From the NCBI GenBank assembly GCA_039804105.1, contig JBDRZU010000001.1, positions 1,248,001-1,312,000 of the forward strand: 64,000 nt of DNA, read 5' to 3'. This DNA is from a candidate division WOR-3 bacterium (GTDB lineage: Bacteria > Hydrothermota > 32-111). Shown here piece after piece: positions 20,096 to 31,176 of the stretch. A model generated the notes under the pieces. It was given only the letters and a program-made list of their open reading frames with translations, was not told the DNA's origin and did no database searches. The translations under genes and the position numbers were made by a program. Position 1 is the first letter of the stretch; each line of letters opens with the position of its first letter.

Positions 20096-23000
20096 ATGAA
20101 AAGAGTGGTGCTGTTTTTTGTTTTAATTTTTGTTGGAGTGATGATATTTGCAATTGAGAGTGGGAAACTGAATGGAGATTATTTGATGATGAGTGAGAGT
20201 GAAGATGAGGGCACATGGGGAGATATACCGAAGTGGGCAACAGATAGTTTGAATGTTAGGGGAATAGGAAGGGTACCATATTTTGGAGATGCTTATGATG
20301 TATTTATTGTTGACACATTTGCGTATGTTTGTATGGGGAAAAACCTTGTAATACTCAATATTTCAAACAAAACAAACCCACAACTAATAGGTTATATTGA
20401 TTTGCCTAACACAGCAAATGGTGTCTATGTCTCAGGCAGTTATGCATATGTTGTTGATTATGATTATGGCTTACGAATAATCAACATAAGTAATCCTTCA
20501 AGTCCAACAGAAGTAGGCTATTATGATACACCTGGGTATGCATATGGTGTCTATGTCTCAGGCAGTTATGCATATGTTGCTGATTATGATTATGGCTTAC
20601 GAATAATCAACATAAGTAATCCTTCAAGTCCAAAAGAAGTAGGATATTATGATACACCTGGGTATGCATATGGGGTTTATGTCTCAGGCAGTTATGCATA
20701 TGTTGCTGATGGAAGTTCTGGCTTACGAATAATTGACATAAGTAATCCTTCAAGTCCAACAGAAGTGGGCTATTATGATACACCTGGGATTGCATATGAT
20801 GTCTATGTATCAGGTAGTTATGCATATGTTGCTGATGGAAGTTCTGGCTTACGAATAATTGACATAAGTAATCCTTCAAATCCAACAGAAGTGGGATATT
20901 ATGATACAGCTGGGGGTGCATATGGGGTTTATGTCTCAGGCAGTTATGCATATGTTGCTGATGAAGATTATGGCTTACGAATAATCAACATAGGAAACCC
21001 TTCAAGTCCAACAGAAGTGGGATATTATAATACACCTGGGGATGCATGGGATGTTTATGTATCAGGCAGTTATGCATATGTTGCTGATGAAGATTATGGC
21101 TTACGAATAATCAACATAAGTAATCCTTCAAGTCCAACACAAGTAGGATATTATGATACACCTGGGTGGGCATTAGGGGTTTATGTATCAGGCAGTTATG
21201 CATATCTTGCTGATTGGGATTATGGCTTACGAATAATCAACATAAGTAACCCATCTAGTCCAACAGAAGTAGGATATTATAATACACCTGGGTATGCATG
21301 GGATGTTTATGTCTCAGGCAGTTATGCATATGTTGCTGATGAAGATTATGGCTTACGAATAATCAACATAAGTAATCCTTCAAGTCCAACAGAAGTAGGC
21401 TATTATGATACACCTGGGTGGGCATTAGGGGTTTATGTATCAGGCAGTTATGCATATGTTGCTGATGAAGATTATGGCTTACGAATAATCAACATAAGTA
21501 ATCCTTCAAGTCCAACGAGTGTAGGCTATTATGATACACCAGGGTATGCATATGATGTTTATGTCTCAGGCAGTTATGCATATGTTGCTGATGATTATGA
21601 CTTACGAATAATTGATATAAGTAACCCTTCAAGTCCAACAGAAGTAGGCTATTATGATACACCTGGGTATGCATGTGGGGTCTATGTCTCAGGCAGTTAT
21701 GCATATGTTGCTGATTATGATTATGGCTTACGAATAATCAATATAAGTAACCCAACAAGTCCAACAGAAGTAGGCTATTATGATACACCTGGGTATGCAT
21801 GTGGGGTCTATGTCTCAGGCAGTTATGCATATGTTGCTGATGAAGATTATGGCTTACGAATAATCAATATAAGTAATCCAACAAATCCAACAGAAGTAGG
21901 ATATTATAATACACCTGGGAGTGCATTAGGGGTTTATGTATCAAACAGTTATATATATCTTGCTGATGGAAATAGTGGTTTTTACATTTTACAAAATTTG
22001 TTATTAGATACAATACCTCCTTCAGCATTTAACTTAATATCTCCAAGTGGTAATATAACAGATAATACCCCGACATATACATGGAATAAGTCGTATGATA
22101 CTAATTTTAAGGAATATAGGTTATATGTTAATGGAAGTTTAAAATCAACTACAACAGATACTACATATACAGAGCCAACACCGATATCAGATGGACAGTA
22201 TATATGGTATGTAACGGCGGTTGATAGTGCAGGCAATGTAAGACAATCAAGCCAAGTTGATACATTCATACTTGATGTAACAAAACCACCAATACCAATA
22301 TTGGTAAGTCCTGGAAATAACAGCATAAGTTCCACTAACACAATCCATTTTACATGGAGGAGTGTTGTAGACAACTATAGTGGGATAAAGAGGTATGAAT
22401 TGATGTATGATGAAGATTCATTGTTTGGAAGTCCAGTGATACAGAGCGTTACAGATACGACATATACAGCAGTGTTATCAGAGGGCAGGTACTATTGGAA
22501 AGTAAGGGCAGTAGATAATTTTGATAATGTAGGGGATTGGAGTTTGAGGTGGAGTTTTGAGTATGATGGGACAGCGCCTGTGGCACCTGTTTTGATAAGT
22601 CCGAAGTGGGGCGTGGAGGTAGAGGATTCGTTAGTGTTATTTGATTGGGGGGTATTGGTAAAGGGGATAACGATAGGTATTAAGGAAAGGGAAGTGGAGA
22701 AGGAGAAGGATGGGCTAAAGGGTACGAAGGTGTATTATGAGATAGAGGTGGATACGAGCAGGAGTTTTGGTAGTGTGCTATATAGAGACACTGTGGATGT
22801 AGATAGTGTAAGAGTGAAGATAGTGAGAGATGATGTATATTATTGGAGAGTGAGGGGTTACGATGAGGCGGGGAATGTTGGTAGTTGGGGGATTGATTCA
22901 TTTGAGTTAGATATAAAGATACCAGTATTGAGTTTGAGCAAAAAGGTATATGAATTTGGAGATTTGGACACAAACAGAGTGTATAATTGGAGAGATTTAT

Positions 23001-23872
23001 ATATAAAAAATATTGGAGATGCGACATTAACAGTAGATTCAGTGAAATATAGTGATACTAAATTTTTTGCTGATACAACATACATATATCCTCTTACAAT
23101 AAATCCTGGAGATAGTGTTAGATATGGGACAAAGGCATTTTCATTGGATACAGGAGTAGTAGAAGGTAACTTGAGGGTGTATACGAGTATATACAGTGTG
23201 AAAGCGGATACAGTGATATTGAGAGCGCATTTTGGGAAGCCATTGAGGATAGATTCAGCGATAGCATTTGATGGAAGTGTATATGGAGGTGGGATAGATG
23301 AAGATGATTATGTGGTGTTATATTTTAATCAATCTACGAATGGATATAATATAAGTTCATTAAACATAGACGATGTATTGAGATTATCGAATGGACACAA
23401 ATGGACAGATGGAATTGGTATGATTGATACAGCATATTGGGATCCATCGAAAACGACATTAATGGTACAACTAAGTACAACGATAACACCACCGACTATA
23501 AGTGTAGGAGATACAATATATCCTGACTCTATGAGTATAATAGGAACGTTGAACTCATTTAGATGTCATTATCCAATGGTGATAAGAGGGTCATTTGTAT
23601 CGGGGTTAGAAGGGAAAGATATACTTGGAGTGAAGGGAGAGGAATACAAGACATATTTAGAGGTAAAACGAAATGAGATAATTTATAGTTTTAAGAATGA
23701 GGAGAATGAATTTGTGATATATGATATTTTAGGGAAGGTTATGTATAAAGAGAGATTTGTGAAGAGAGGATTACACAGATATAGTATAAAGAATATAGCA
23801 ACTGGGATATATTTTGTGAAGATGAGGGATAAAGACAAAGAGATAAACAAGAAGATAGTGATAATGAAGTGA
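20096..23872 (+). CDS. Secreted LVIVD-repeat beta-propeller protein with Ig/FN3-like domains and T9SS-like C-terminal domain
   Basis: Signal peptide; 14 ~42-aa repeats (YAYVAD..GLRIINISNP); YYWKVRAVD modules; terminal YDILGK...GIYFVK...KKIVI. Confidence 0.85.
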   Translation: MKRVVLFFVLIFVGVMIFAIESGKLNGDYLMMSESEDEGTWGDIPKWATDSLNVRGIGRVPYFGDAYDVFIVDTFAYVCMGKNLVILNISNKTNPQLIGYIDLPNTANGVYVSGSYAYVVDYDYGLRIINISNPSSPTEVGYYDTPGYAYGVYVSGSYAYVADYDYGLRIINISNPSSPKEVGYYDTPGYAYGVYVSGSYAYVADGSSGLRIIDISNPSSPTEVGYYDTPGIAYDVYVSGSYAYVADGSSGLRIIDISNPSNPTEVGYYDTAGGAYGVYVSGSYAYVADEDYGLRIINIGNPSSPTEVGYYNTPGDAWDVYVSGSYAYVADEDYGLRIINISNPSSPTQVGYYDTPGWALGVYVSGSYAYLADWDYGLRIINISNPSSPTEVGYYNTPGYAWDVYVSGSYAYVADEDYGLRIINISNPSSPTEVGYYDTPGWALGVYVSGSYAYVADEDYGLRIINISNPSSPTSVGYYDTPGYAYDVYVSGSYAYVADDYDLRIIDISNPSSPTEVGYYDTPGYACGVYVSGSYAYVADYDYGLRIINISNPTSPTEVGYYDTPGYACGVYVSGSYAYVADEDYGLRIINISNPTNPTEVGYYNTPGSALGVYVSNSYIYLADGNSGFYILQNLLLDTIPPSAFNLISPSGNITDNTPTYTWNKSYDTNFKEYRLYVNGSLKSTTTDTTYTEPTPISDGQYIWYVTAVDSAGNVRQSSQVDTFILDVTKPPIPILVSPGNNSISSTNTIHFTWRSVVDNYSGIKRYELMYDEDSLFGSPVIQSVTDTTYTAVLSEGRYYWKVRAVDNFDNVGDWSLRWSFEYDGTAPVAPVLISPKWGVEVEDSLVLFDWGVLVKGITIGIKEREVEKEKDGLKGTKVYYEIEVDTSRSFGSVLYRDTVDVDSVRVKIVRDDVYYWRVRGYDEAGNVGSWGIDSFELDIKIPVLSLSKKVYEFGDLDTNRVYNWRDLYIKNIGDATLTVDSVKYSDTKFFADTTYIYPLTINPGDSVRYGTKAFSLDTGVVEGNLRVYTSIYSVKADTVILRAHFGKPLRIDSAIAFDGSVYGGGIDEDDYVVLYFNQSTNGYNISSLNIDDVLRLSNGHKWTDGIGMIDTAYWDPSKTTLMVQLSTTITPPTISVGDTIYPDSMSIIGTLNSFRCHYPMVIRGSFVSGLEGKDILGVKGEEYKTYLEVKRNEIIYSFKNEENEFVIYDILGKVMYKERFVKRGLHRYSIKNIATGIYFVKMRDKDKEINKKIVIMK
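20411..21985 (+). repeat. Intragenic 126-bp tandem repeat (12 near-identical units plus a divergent last unit)
   Basis: Period measured directly, e.g. 20423 to 20549; one unit has a 3-bp deletion. Confidence 0.92.
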
Positions 23873-23879
23873 TAACAAG

Positions 23880-23905
23880 AGGGGTGTTAAAAACACCCCT
23901 TTTTT
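23880..23905 (+). terminator. Rho-independent terminator
   Basis: AGGGGTGTT...AACACCCCT hairpin plus T tract. Confidence 0.85.
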
Positions 23906-23980
23906 AAGATTTTTCTTTTGTTTCCTAAAAACTAAGACTCCTTTATTGATGAACAGAGTCAAATGTTCACATTCAAAAAA

Positions 23981-24004
23981 GTCAAAAAGTCAAGCACCGT
24001 CCCC
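23981..24004 (+). repeat. Island repeat R3
   Basis: Exact 24-mer. Confidence 0.95.
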
Positions 24005-24178
24005 AAATGAAAAAATGATTGAAAATTTTTTAATTTTTTGGTAAAATCAAAAAAATTTTGATGAGGGTTGATGGGGAAAATTTTAAAAAAGTGTAGAAAT
24101 TCCTTGTATTTAACAAATATTATTATTGAAATTCTTTTTTACTGTTTTTCAAAAAATTTGTTTCTATTTTTGAAAAAA

Positions 24179-24202
24179 GTCAAAAAGTCAAGCACCGTCC
24201 CC
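24179..24202 (+). repeat. Island repeat R4
   Basis: Exact 24-mer. Confidence 0.95.
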
Positions 24203-24245
24203 AAATTTAGTAACTTTTAAAATAAAGTGAGTTAGGAGAAGGAGT

Positions 24246-27200
24246 ATGAAAAATTTTATTACAAATAGTGGTGCGGAGAATCTCGAAAAAAGATTATCTG
24301 AACTTATCATAAGCAGTGAGGAGTTAAAGTTTCTTGTTGGGTTTTTCTATTTTTCGGGATTGAAGGAACTTTATAATTCTCTTGTGAAAAATCAAAATGT
24401 AAATTTAAAAGTTCTTGTAGGACTCAATGTTGATAAGTTGAACGAAGAGATTATTGAATTTGCTGATCTTGAAGATAGGAAGGGATCTTGTTCTGGTGAA
24501 GAAATTTACAGTAAATTTCTGGTATCTTTGAAAAAGTCTATAAATAGTGAAAAGTTTGATAACAAAGAGTTTTATGAGCAGGTGAAATTTTTTATTGAAC
24601 TTATAAAAAACGGAAATCTAAAGATCAGAAAAACAACAAAACCTAACCATTCAAAACTTTACATTTTTAAACTCAACAATTTACAGGTCGGAAGAAAAAC
24701 TCTGTTTATTACTGGAAGCAGTAATCTGACAGGTTCTGGACTTTTAACACAGGAAGAGTTCAACATCGAAGTTTCTGATTATGGTTTCAAAGAGGCAGAA
24801 AAATACTTTGATGATTTATGGGATAAAGCGATTCCAATAACTGAAAATACTGTTAATAAAAATAGAATGTTAAAAATTCTTGAAAAAGAAACTTTTATAA
24901 AAGAGATAACACCTTTTGAAGCGTATCTTCTGGTTTTAAAATTCTATCTTGATTCATTTGAAATGAAGAATATTGGAAAATCTCTTGTTAGAATTATGGA
25001 AAAAAATAATTATACACCATACAAGTATCAACTTGATGCTATACAACAGGCAATTTCAATAATTGAAAAAAATAATGGTGTGATTCTTGCCGATGTTGTT
25101 GGTCTTGGAAAAAGTGTCATAGCATCTTTAATAGCAAGAGAACTCAACAAAAGGGGAGTTATAATCTGTCCACCTGCTCTTATGGGTGATAGTCGTTTGA
25201 AAAACACTGGCTGGTATATGTATAGGGAACAATTTGAACTATACGATTGGGATGTCTGGTCTATTGGAGATATTGAAAAACTTGAAAAATTTCTAAAAAA
25301 TAAACAGGATATAGAGGTTGTGATAATTGACGAAGCACACAGGTTTCGAAATCAGGATACGAAAGGATATGAGTGTTTAAAAAATATTTGCAGAGGGAGA
25401 AATGTTATACTTTTAACTGCAACTCCTTTCAACAACAGACCTGAAGACATTTTATCACTTTTAAAACTTTTTGTTATTCCCAAAAAATCATCGATTACAC
25501 TTGAAAACAATCTTGTTGAAAGATTCAGAAAATTCAAAAGTGTTTTTGAGGATCTTGCTTTGATAAAGAAAAATTATAAATCAACAGATAATAAAAAAAG
25601 AAAGAAAGCACTTGATACCTATAAATCACTTTTCGGGAAAGAGTTTTCAGGTGAAGAATCATTAAAAGATGTTAAAAAGCGTGCTCAATACCTTTCAAAA
25701 CAGATTAGAGATGTTATTGAACCAGTTGTGATAAGAAGGAATAGGTTGGATTTACAAAATAATCCATTATATAAAGATGAGATAAAACACCTTTCAAAAG
25801 TTGCTGATCCACAGGAATGGTTTTATGAGTTAACAAAAGAACAATCTGAATTTTACGATTCAATAGTTGAACATTATTTTGCTGATCCTGATGATGGTGG
25901 AGAGTTTAAAGGAGCGATATATAGACCTTTTGAATACGAAAAGGGAAAAGCAACAATAAAAGAACTCGAAAAGTTGTCTGATAAAGAAAATTTTGAATAT
26001 AACCAGCAAAAGAACCTGTGTGATTTTATGAGAAGATTGCTTGTTAAAAGGTTTGAAAGTTCGTTTGGTTCATTTGAACAGAGTTTGAAAAATTTTAAAG
26101 AGACAACCGAGACAGTTAAAAGTTTTATTGATAAAACTGGAAAATATATTCTTGATAGGGATTTGCTTGAACGGATTTATGAGATGGATATAGAAGATAT
26201 AGAGGAGAGATTGAAAGAGTATGCTGAAACTATGAAAAGAAAGAATTATCCAAAATATTATAAGGTCTATGATATTAACAAGTTTCAAGATAAAGAAAAA
26301 TTTCTTGCAGATATAGATAACGATTTAAAAATCTTTGATGAGATACTTTCAAAACTGAAAAAGTTGAAACTTACAGAAAACTTTGATCCCAAAACGAAAT
26401 GCCTCATCGAAAATTTAAAAAAACAGTTAAAAAAAGATGAAAAAAGAAAAATTGTAATTTTCTCAGAATATGTTGATACAGTAAAATATTTGCAACCAGC
26501 ACTTGAAAAAGTTTTTAAAGGAAGAGTTCTTTCTGTTCCGGGATTGTTGAATCAGACAAAGGAACATGAAATTTACGCAAACTTTGATGCATCGTTTGAA
26601 AAACAGAAAGATGATTATGATATTTTGTTAACATCTGATAAACTTTCTGAGGGGTTTAATCTCAATAGAGCAGGAATGATTATCAACTATGATATACCAT
26701 GGAATCCTGTGAGAGTTATTCAAAGGGTTGGAAGAATCAATCGTATAAGTAAAAAAGTGTTTGATGAACTTTATATCGTGAACTTCTTTCCAACAGAAAC
26801 TGGAGCAGACATTGTTAAATCAAGAGAGATCGCATCACATAAAATGTTTTTGATACACAACACCCTTGGAGAGGACTCAAAGATTTTTGATATTGATGAA
26901 ACACCTCAACCGTCAAAACTTTATGATAAGATAAATCAGAATCCTGAAAATATTGAACACGAAAGTTTTTATACAAAAGTTTTAAAAGAATTTTCTGAAA
27001 TCAAAAACAAATATCCTGAACTTCTTGAATCATTAAAAGATTTTCCAACAAGAGTCAAAGTTGCGAAAAAAGCGAAAGAGGATGAATTGATAGTTGTGAT
27101 AAAAAAGGGAAGATTGTTTATAAATTCAATCAAAGATTTTGAAAATCCTGAACAGATGACTTTTGAAGAGGCATTTGAAAAGATCAAGTGTTCTCCAAAT

Positions 27201-27602
27201 GAAAAATCGATTGAACTCAGTGAAAAATTTTGGGAAAAATACGATAAGATAAAAAATTTTAAAGAAACAGAAAAACCACTGCCAGAAAAAAGCAATGAAC
27301 AGCAAGCGATAAATGTGTTAAAAAAACTAAAATCAAATCAAAATGACAAAATACTTGAATATCATAGTTTTATAAAAATGTTGCTTGAAGATATTGTTGA
27401 CTATGGAACATTATCATCTTACACCTTACGCAGAATAGCGAACCTTGAAACTGATGAGTCAAAAATCGAAAAGACGATAGAAGAATTGAAAAAACTCAAA
27501 GATGAACTTGGAGAAAATTATCTTGAATATGAAAAGAAAAAGTATATTGAAGAGAGTAAAGAAATAATTGTTGCGATAGAAAATAGAAAAATAACAACCT
27601 AA
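24246..27602 (+). CDS. PLD-nuclease domain fused to SNF2-type helicase
   Basis: HSKLYIF...TGSSNLT (PLD-like); ADVVGLGKS, DEAH, TATP, SEGFNL, QRVGRINR. Confidence 0.88.
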   Translation: MKNFITNSGAENLEKRLSELIISSEELKFLVGFFYFSGLKELYNSLVKNQNVNLKVLVGLNVDKLNEEIIEFADLEDRKGSCSGEEIYSKFLVSLKKSINSEKFDNKEFYEQVKFFIELIKNGNLKIRKTTKPNHSKLYIFKLNNLQVGRKTLFITGSSNLTGSGLLTQEEFNIEVSDYGFKEAEKYFDDLWDKAIPITENTVNKNRMLKILEKETFIKEITPFEAYLLVLKFYLDSFEMKNIGKSLVRIMEKNNYTPYKYQLDAIQQAISIIEKNNGVILADVVGLGKSVIASLIARELNKRGVIICPPALMGDSRLKNTGWYMYREQFELYDWDVWSIGDIEKLEKFLKNKQDIEVVIIDEAHRFRNQDTKGYECLKNICRGRNVILLTATPFNNRPEDILSLLKLFVIPKKSSITLENNLVERFRKFKSVFEDLALIKKNYKSTDNKKRKKALDTYKSLFGKEFSGEESLKDVKKRAQYLSKQIRDVIEPVVIRRNRLDLQNNPLYKDEIKHLSKVADPQEWFYELTKEQSEFYDSIVEHYFADPDDGGEFKGAIYRPFEYEKGKATIKELEKLSDKENFEYNQQKNLCDFMRRLLVKRFESSFGSFEQSLKNFKETTETVKSFIDKTGKYILDRDLLERIYEMDIEDIEERLKEYAETMKRKNYPKYYKVYDINKFQDKEKFLADIDNDLKIFDEILSKLKKLKLTENFDPKTKCLIENLKKQLKKDEKRKIVIFSEYVDTVKYLQPALEKVFKGRVLSVPGLLNQTKEHEIYANFDASFEKQKDDYDILLTSDKLSEGFNLNRAGMIINYDIPWNPVRVIQRVGRINRISKKVFDELYIVNFFPTETGADIVKSREIASHKMFLIHNTLGEDSKIFDIDETPQPSKLYDKINQNPENIEHESFYTKVLKEFSEIKNKYPELLESLKDFPTRVKVAKKAKEDELIVVIKKGRLFINSIKDFENPEQMTFEEAFEKIKCSPNEKSIELSEKFWEKYDKIKNFKETEKPLPEKSNEQQAINVLKKLKSNQNDKILEYHSFIKMLLEDIVDYGTLSSYTLRRIANLETDESKIEKTIEELKKLKDELGENYLEYEKKKYIEESKEIIVAIENRKITT

Positions 27603-27696
27603 AAATGAAAAGTGTGATTTATTAAACTTTGAGGTGTTAATTTTTACACTTCAAAAAATTTTGATGGGAAGGTAAAAAATTAAAAAAGGAATATAA

Positions 27697-30600
27697 ATGG
27701 GAGAAAAAGAAATTTTAAAAAAGATAATAGAAGATTTTGACCTTGAAAAGTTTGAAACATTTTTTCGCAGAAAAAATGATAGATTAAGATTTGATAGAGA
27801 AACTTTAAGCAATTATGGTAATCAAAATTTTACTGATGGATTGAAATTTGCTGAAGGTGAACTTGATGATGGAGAGTTTATCGTTTGTGCCTATAAAATC
27901 CAAAAGAACCTATCAGAAAGAAGTAGTAAAAAAGAGCAGTATGAAATCGGTAAAAAGATATTAAAAAATTATCAGAAGGATGCTGGAATATTCATTTTTT
28001 ATGATAAAGAAAAAAATTTCAGATTCAGTTTAATCTATCCGATTTATTATGGAAGAAAAAGAGATTGGAGTAATTTTAAGAGATTCACTTATTTTGTAAG
28101 TAAACAGGAAACAAACAAAACATTTTTAACACAAATAGGTGAAGGTGATTTTTCAAGTATTGAAAAGATTAAATATGCGTTTTCAGTTGAAAAAGTTACA
28201 AAAGAATTTTATCAGGAAATTGCTTATTGGTATTTCTGGGCTTTGAAAGAATCAAAGTTTCCCGAAGATGCTGAAATTGAAAAAAATGGAAGAAACATAG
28301 CGCTTATCCGTCTTATTACACGATTGATTTTTATCTGGTTTATGAGACAGAAGGGAATAATCAAAAGGGAACTTTTTGATAAAAAGTTTTTAGAAACAAT
28401 TTTAAAAGATTTCTCTCCAGAAGAAAGCACATTTTATCCTGCAATCCTTCAAAATCTCTTTTTTGCAACATTGAACACTCCAGTTGAGGATCGAAAATTC
28501 CGCAGAGAGGAAAGACATAAAGGATATTTGAATAAGGATTATATGAACCATTCTTATTATAGACATCATTCGCTTTTTAAAGATTCAGACAAAATGATAG
28601 AACTTTTTAATGATATTCCATTTTTAAATGGAGGACTTTTTGAATGTCTTGATAAAAGAAAGGATGATGAATCAAACGATACAGGAAAAGAGATAAGAAT
28701 AGATGGATTTTCAGATAATCCCAAAAAACAGCCCATTGTTCCAAACTTTTTATTCTTCTCAGATGAAAAAGAGGTTGATTTGAATAAGGACTTTGGAACA
28801 AAAGATAAAAGATACAAAGTAAGAGGAATAATCAATATTTTAAATTCCTACAATTTTACTATAGATGAGAATACTCCAATTGATGAGGAAGTCGCACTTG
28901 ACCCTGAACTTTTAGGTAGAGTGTTTGAAAATCTACTTGCAAGTTATAACCCTGAAACTTCAACAACAGCAAGAAAAGCAACAGGAAGTTATTACACTCC
29001 TCGTGAAATTGTTGATTTTATGGTGAAAGAGTCGTTGAAAGAGTATTTTAAAACAAAGATTGAAAATATTGATGAGGAAAAACTTGAAAAAGTTTTTCAA
29101 TACGATGATTCTGAAAATCCTTTTGATGAGAAAACAACCAAAGAACTTATAAATGCAATAAATAACCTAAAACTTCTTGATCCTGCTGTTGGATCAGGAG
29201 CATTTCCGATGGGTGCTTTACACCAACTTGTGAATATTTTACATAAGTTGGATCCCCATAATAAAAGATGGAAAGAGGAACAAATAAAAGCGGTTGATTA
29301 TATAACAGATCCAAAAATAAAGCAGGAAATGATTAATAAAATTGAAGAAAATTTTTCTCTGAACGAACTTGATTATGGAAGGAAACTTTATCTCATACAG
29401 AATTGTATTTATGGAGTTGATATACAGCCGATTGCAATACAGATAGCAAAGTTAAGATGCTTTATCTCACTTCTTGTTGATGAGAATGTTGACAAAAACA
29501 AAAAAAATTTTGGTATAGAGCCACTTCCTAACCTTGAAACAAAGTTTGTGGTAACAGATAGTTTAAAAAAATTAAAAGTGGAAACAGTTCTTAGATCAAA
29601 CGATATAGTGCAAACAGAAATAGATCTTACAGAGATAAGGAACCGATATTTTATTTCATCAGATATAAGAGAAAAAAATAAACTCAAAAAGAAGGATAGT
29701 GAATTAAGGAAAAAACTTGCAGAAAATTTTTTGAAATTTGGTAATTTATCGAAAACTGATTCAGAAAAAATTGCCTCATGGAATCCATACAATACAGATA
29801 AACCTGCAGACTGGTTTGATCCTGAATTTATGTTTGGAATAAGAGATGGTTTTGATATTGTTATTGGAAATCCTCCTTACATTCAATTACAAAAGGATAG
29901 TGGAAAACTTGCTGAAGAATATCAAAGTTATAAATATGAAACTTTTGCACGGACTGGAGATATTTATACTTTGTTTTATGAAAGAGGAATTGATTTACTA
30001 CAAGACAATGGATTGCTCTGTTATATAACTTCAAACAAATGGATGAGATCTGGCTATGGAGAAAAATTGAGATGCTATTTCACTCAGTATAATCCACTTC
30101 TTCTTATTGATTTGGGACCAGGAGTTTTTGAACATGCGACTGTTGATACAAACATTTTACTTTTACAGAAAAAAGAAAGCAAAAGGTATGATTATAAATT
30201 GAAGGGACTAATACTTCAAAAAACTGATAAACTATCGATAGAACAACAAATTAAAGAAAACAGCACAAAGATTAAAAAACTAACAAAAGAAGCGTGGTTT
30301 ATTGGATCAAGTGCAGAGCAAAAGTTAAAAGAAAAAATTGAACATATTGGAAAACCTTTAAAATTATGGGATGTGAAAATTTATTATGGCATCAAGACAG
30401 GGCTCAATGAAGCGTTTATTATTACAACTGAAAAGAGAGAAGAGATCCTTGCAAATTGTAAAGATAAAGAAGAAAGAAAACGAACCGAAGCGATAATAAA
30501 ACCGATTCTCCGTGGTAGAGACATCAGTCGCTACTACTACGAATGGGCAGGATTGTGGGTGATAGGAACTTTTCCTGCTTTGAATTTGAATATAGAAGAA

Positions 30601-31176
30601 TATCCTGCTTTAAAAAAATATTTTCTTGATAATTTTGATATTCGTCGATTAGAACAATCAGGGAAAAAATATCCTCATCTTGGTATTGATGCTCGTAAAA
30701 AAACAGATAATAAATGGTTTGAAACGCAAGATCAAATTGCCTACTACCCTGAGTTCGAAAAAGAGAAGGTGGTGTGGACTGCTGTAAACAGTAAATATAG
30801 CTTTACCATATTACCCCCTGGATTTTATTTTAATAATTCTATTTTTATGATAACTGGTTGTAACGCTAAATTATGGTGTGCAATATTTAATTCAAAACTT
30901 ATTAGAAAATATATGCAATTTTTATTTGCCTCTGAAGAAAATTATACCTACGCTTCAAAAGAAAATGTAGAAAAAATCCCTATTCCCATTATAACTAATG
31001 AAAATGAAAGTATTGTTAAACAGATAGAAAATTTAGTAGATAAAATTCTTATCGCTAAAAAACAATGTCCTCAAAGTGATATAAAAAGTGATATAAAAAA
31101 TTGGGAGCAAGAAATAGATCAGCTTGTGTATAAATTATATAAATTAAACAAGGAGGAAATATGTTTAGTAAATTAA
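27697..31176 (+). CDS. Type IIG-like restriction-modification enzyme (Eco57I/TaqI-type adenine MTase with C-terminal TRD)
   Basis: GSYYTPREIV, LDPAVGSGAF, GNPPY, TaqI-C-like tail ending EIDQLVYKLY. Confidence 0.88.
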   Translation: MGEKEILKKIIEDFDLEKFETFFRRKNDRLRFDRETLSNYGNQNFTDGLKFAEGELDDGEFIVCAYKIQKNLSERSSKKEQYEIGKKILKNYQKDAGIFIFYDKEKNFRFSLIYPIYYGRKRDWSNFKRFTYFVSKQETNKTFLTQIGEGDFSSIEKIKYAFSVEKVTKEFYQEIAYWYFWALKESKFPEDAEIEKNGRNIALIRLITRLIFIWFMRQKGIIKRELFDKKFLETILKDFSPEESTFYPAILQNLFFATLNTPVEDRKFRREERHKGYLNKDYMNHSYYRHHSLFKDSDKMIELFNDIPFLNGGLFECLDKRKDDESNDTGKEIRIDGFSDNPKKQPIVPNFLFFSDEKEVDLNKDFGTKDKRYKVRGIINILNSYNFTIDENTPIDEEVALDPELLGRVFENLLASYNPETSTTARKATGSYYTPREIVDFMVKESLKEYFKTKIENIDEEKLEKVFQYDDSENPFDEKTTKELINAINNLKLLDPAVGSGAFPMGALHQLVNILHKLDPHNKRWKEEQIKAVDYITDPKIKQEMINKIEENFSLNELDYGRKLYLIQNCIYGVDIQPIAIQIAKLRCFISLLVDENVDKNKKNFGIEPLPNLETKFVVTDSLKKLKVETVLRSNDIVQTEIDLTEIRNRYFISSDIREKNKLKKKDSELRKKLAENFLKFGNLSKTDSEKIASWNPYNTDKPADWFDPEFMFGIRDGFDIVIGNPPYIQLQKDSGKLAEEYQSYKYETFARTGDIYTLFYERGIDLLQDNGLLCYITSNKWMRSGYGEKLRCYFTQYNPLLLIDLGPGVFEHATVDTNILLLQKKESKRYDYKLKGLILQKTDKLSIEQQIKENSTKIKKLTKEAWFIGSSAEQKLKEKIEHIGKPLKLWDVKIYYGIKTGLNEAFIITTEKREEILANCKDKEERKRTEAIIKPILRGRDISRYYYEWAGLWVIGTFPALNLNIEEYPALKKYFLDNFDIRRLEQSGKKYPHLGIDARKKTDNKWFETQDQIAYYPEFEKEKVVWTAVNSKYSFTILPPGFYFNNSIFMITGCNAKLWCAIFNSKLIRKYMQFLFASEENYTYASKENVEKIPIPIITNENESIVKQIENLVDKILIAKKQCPQSDIKSDIKNWEQEIDQLVYKLYKLNKEEICLVN

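Noticed and set aside
20411..21985. Diversity-generating retroelement
   Set aside because: No reverse transcriptase or separate template repeat; variation is not restricted to adenines.
24046..27666. TCAAAA-N-TTTTGA palindromes upstream of the helicase and MTase genes
   Set aside because: Low-complexity AT-rich motif with unequal spacing; chance cannot be excluded.
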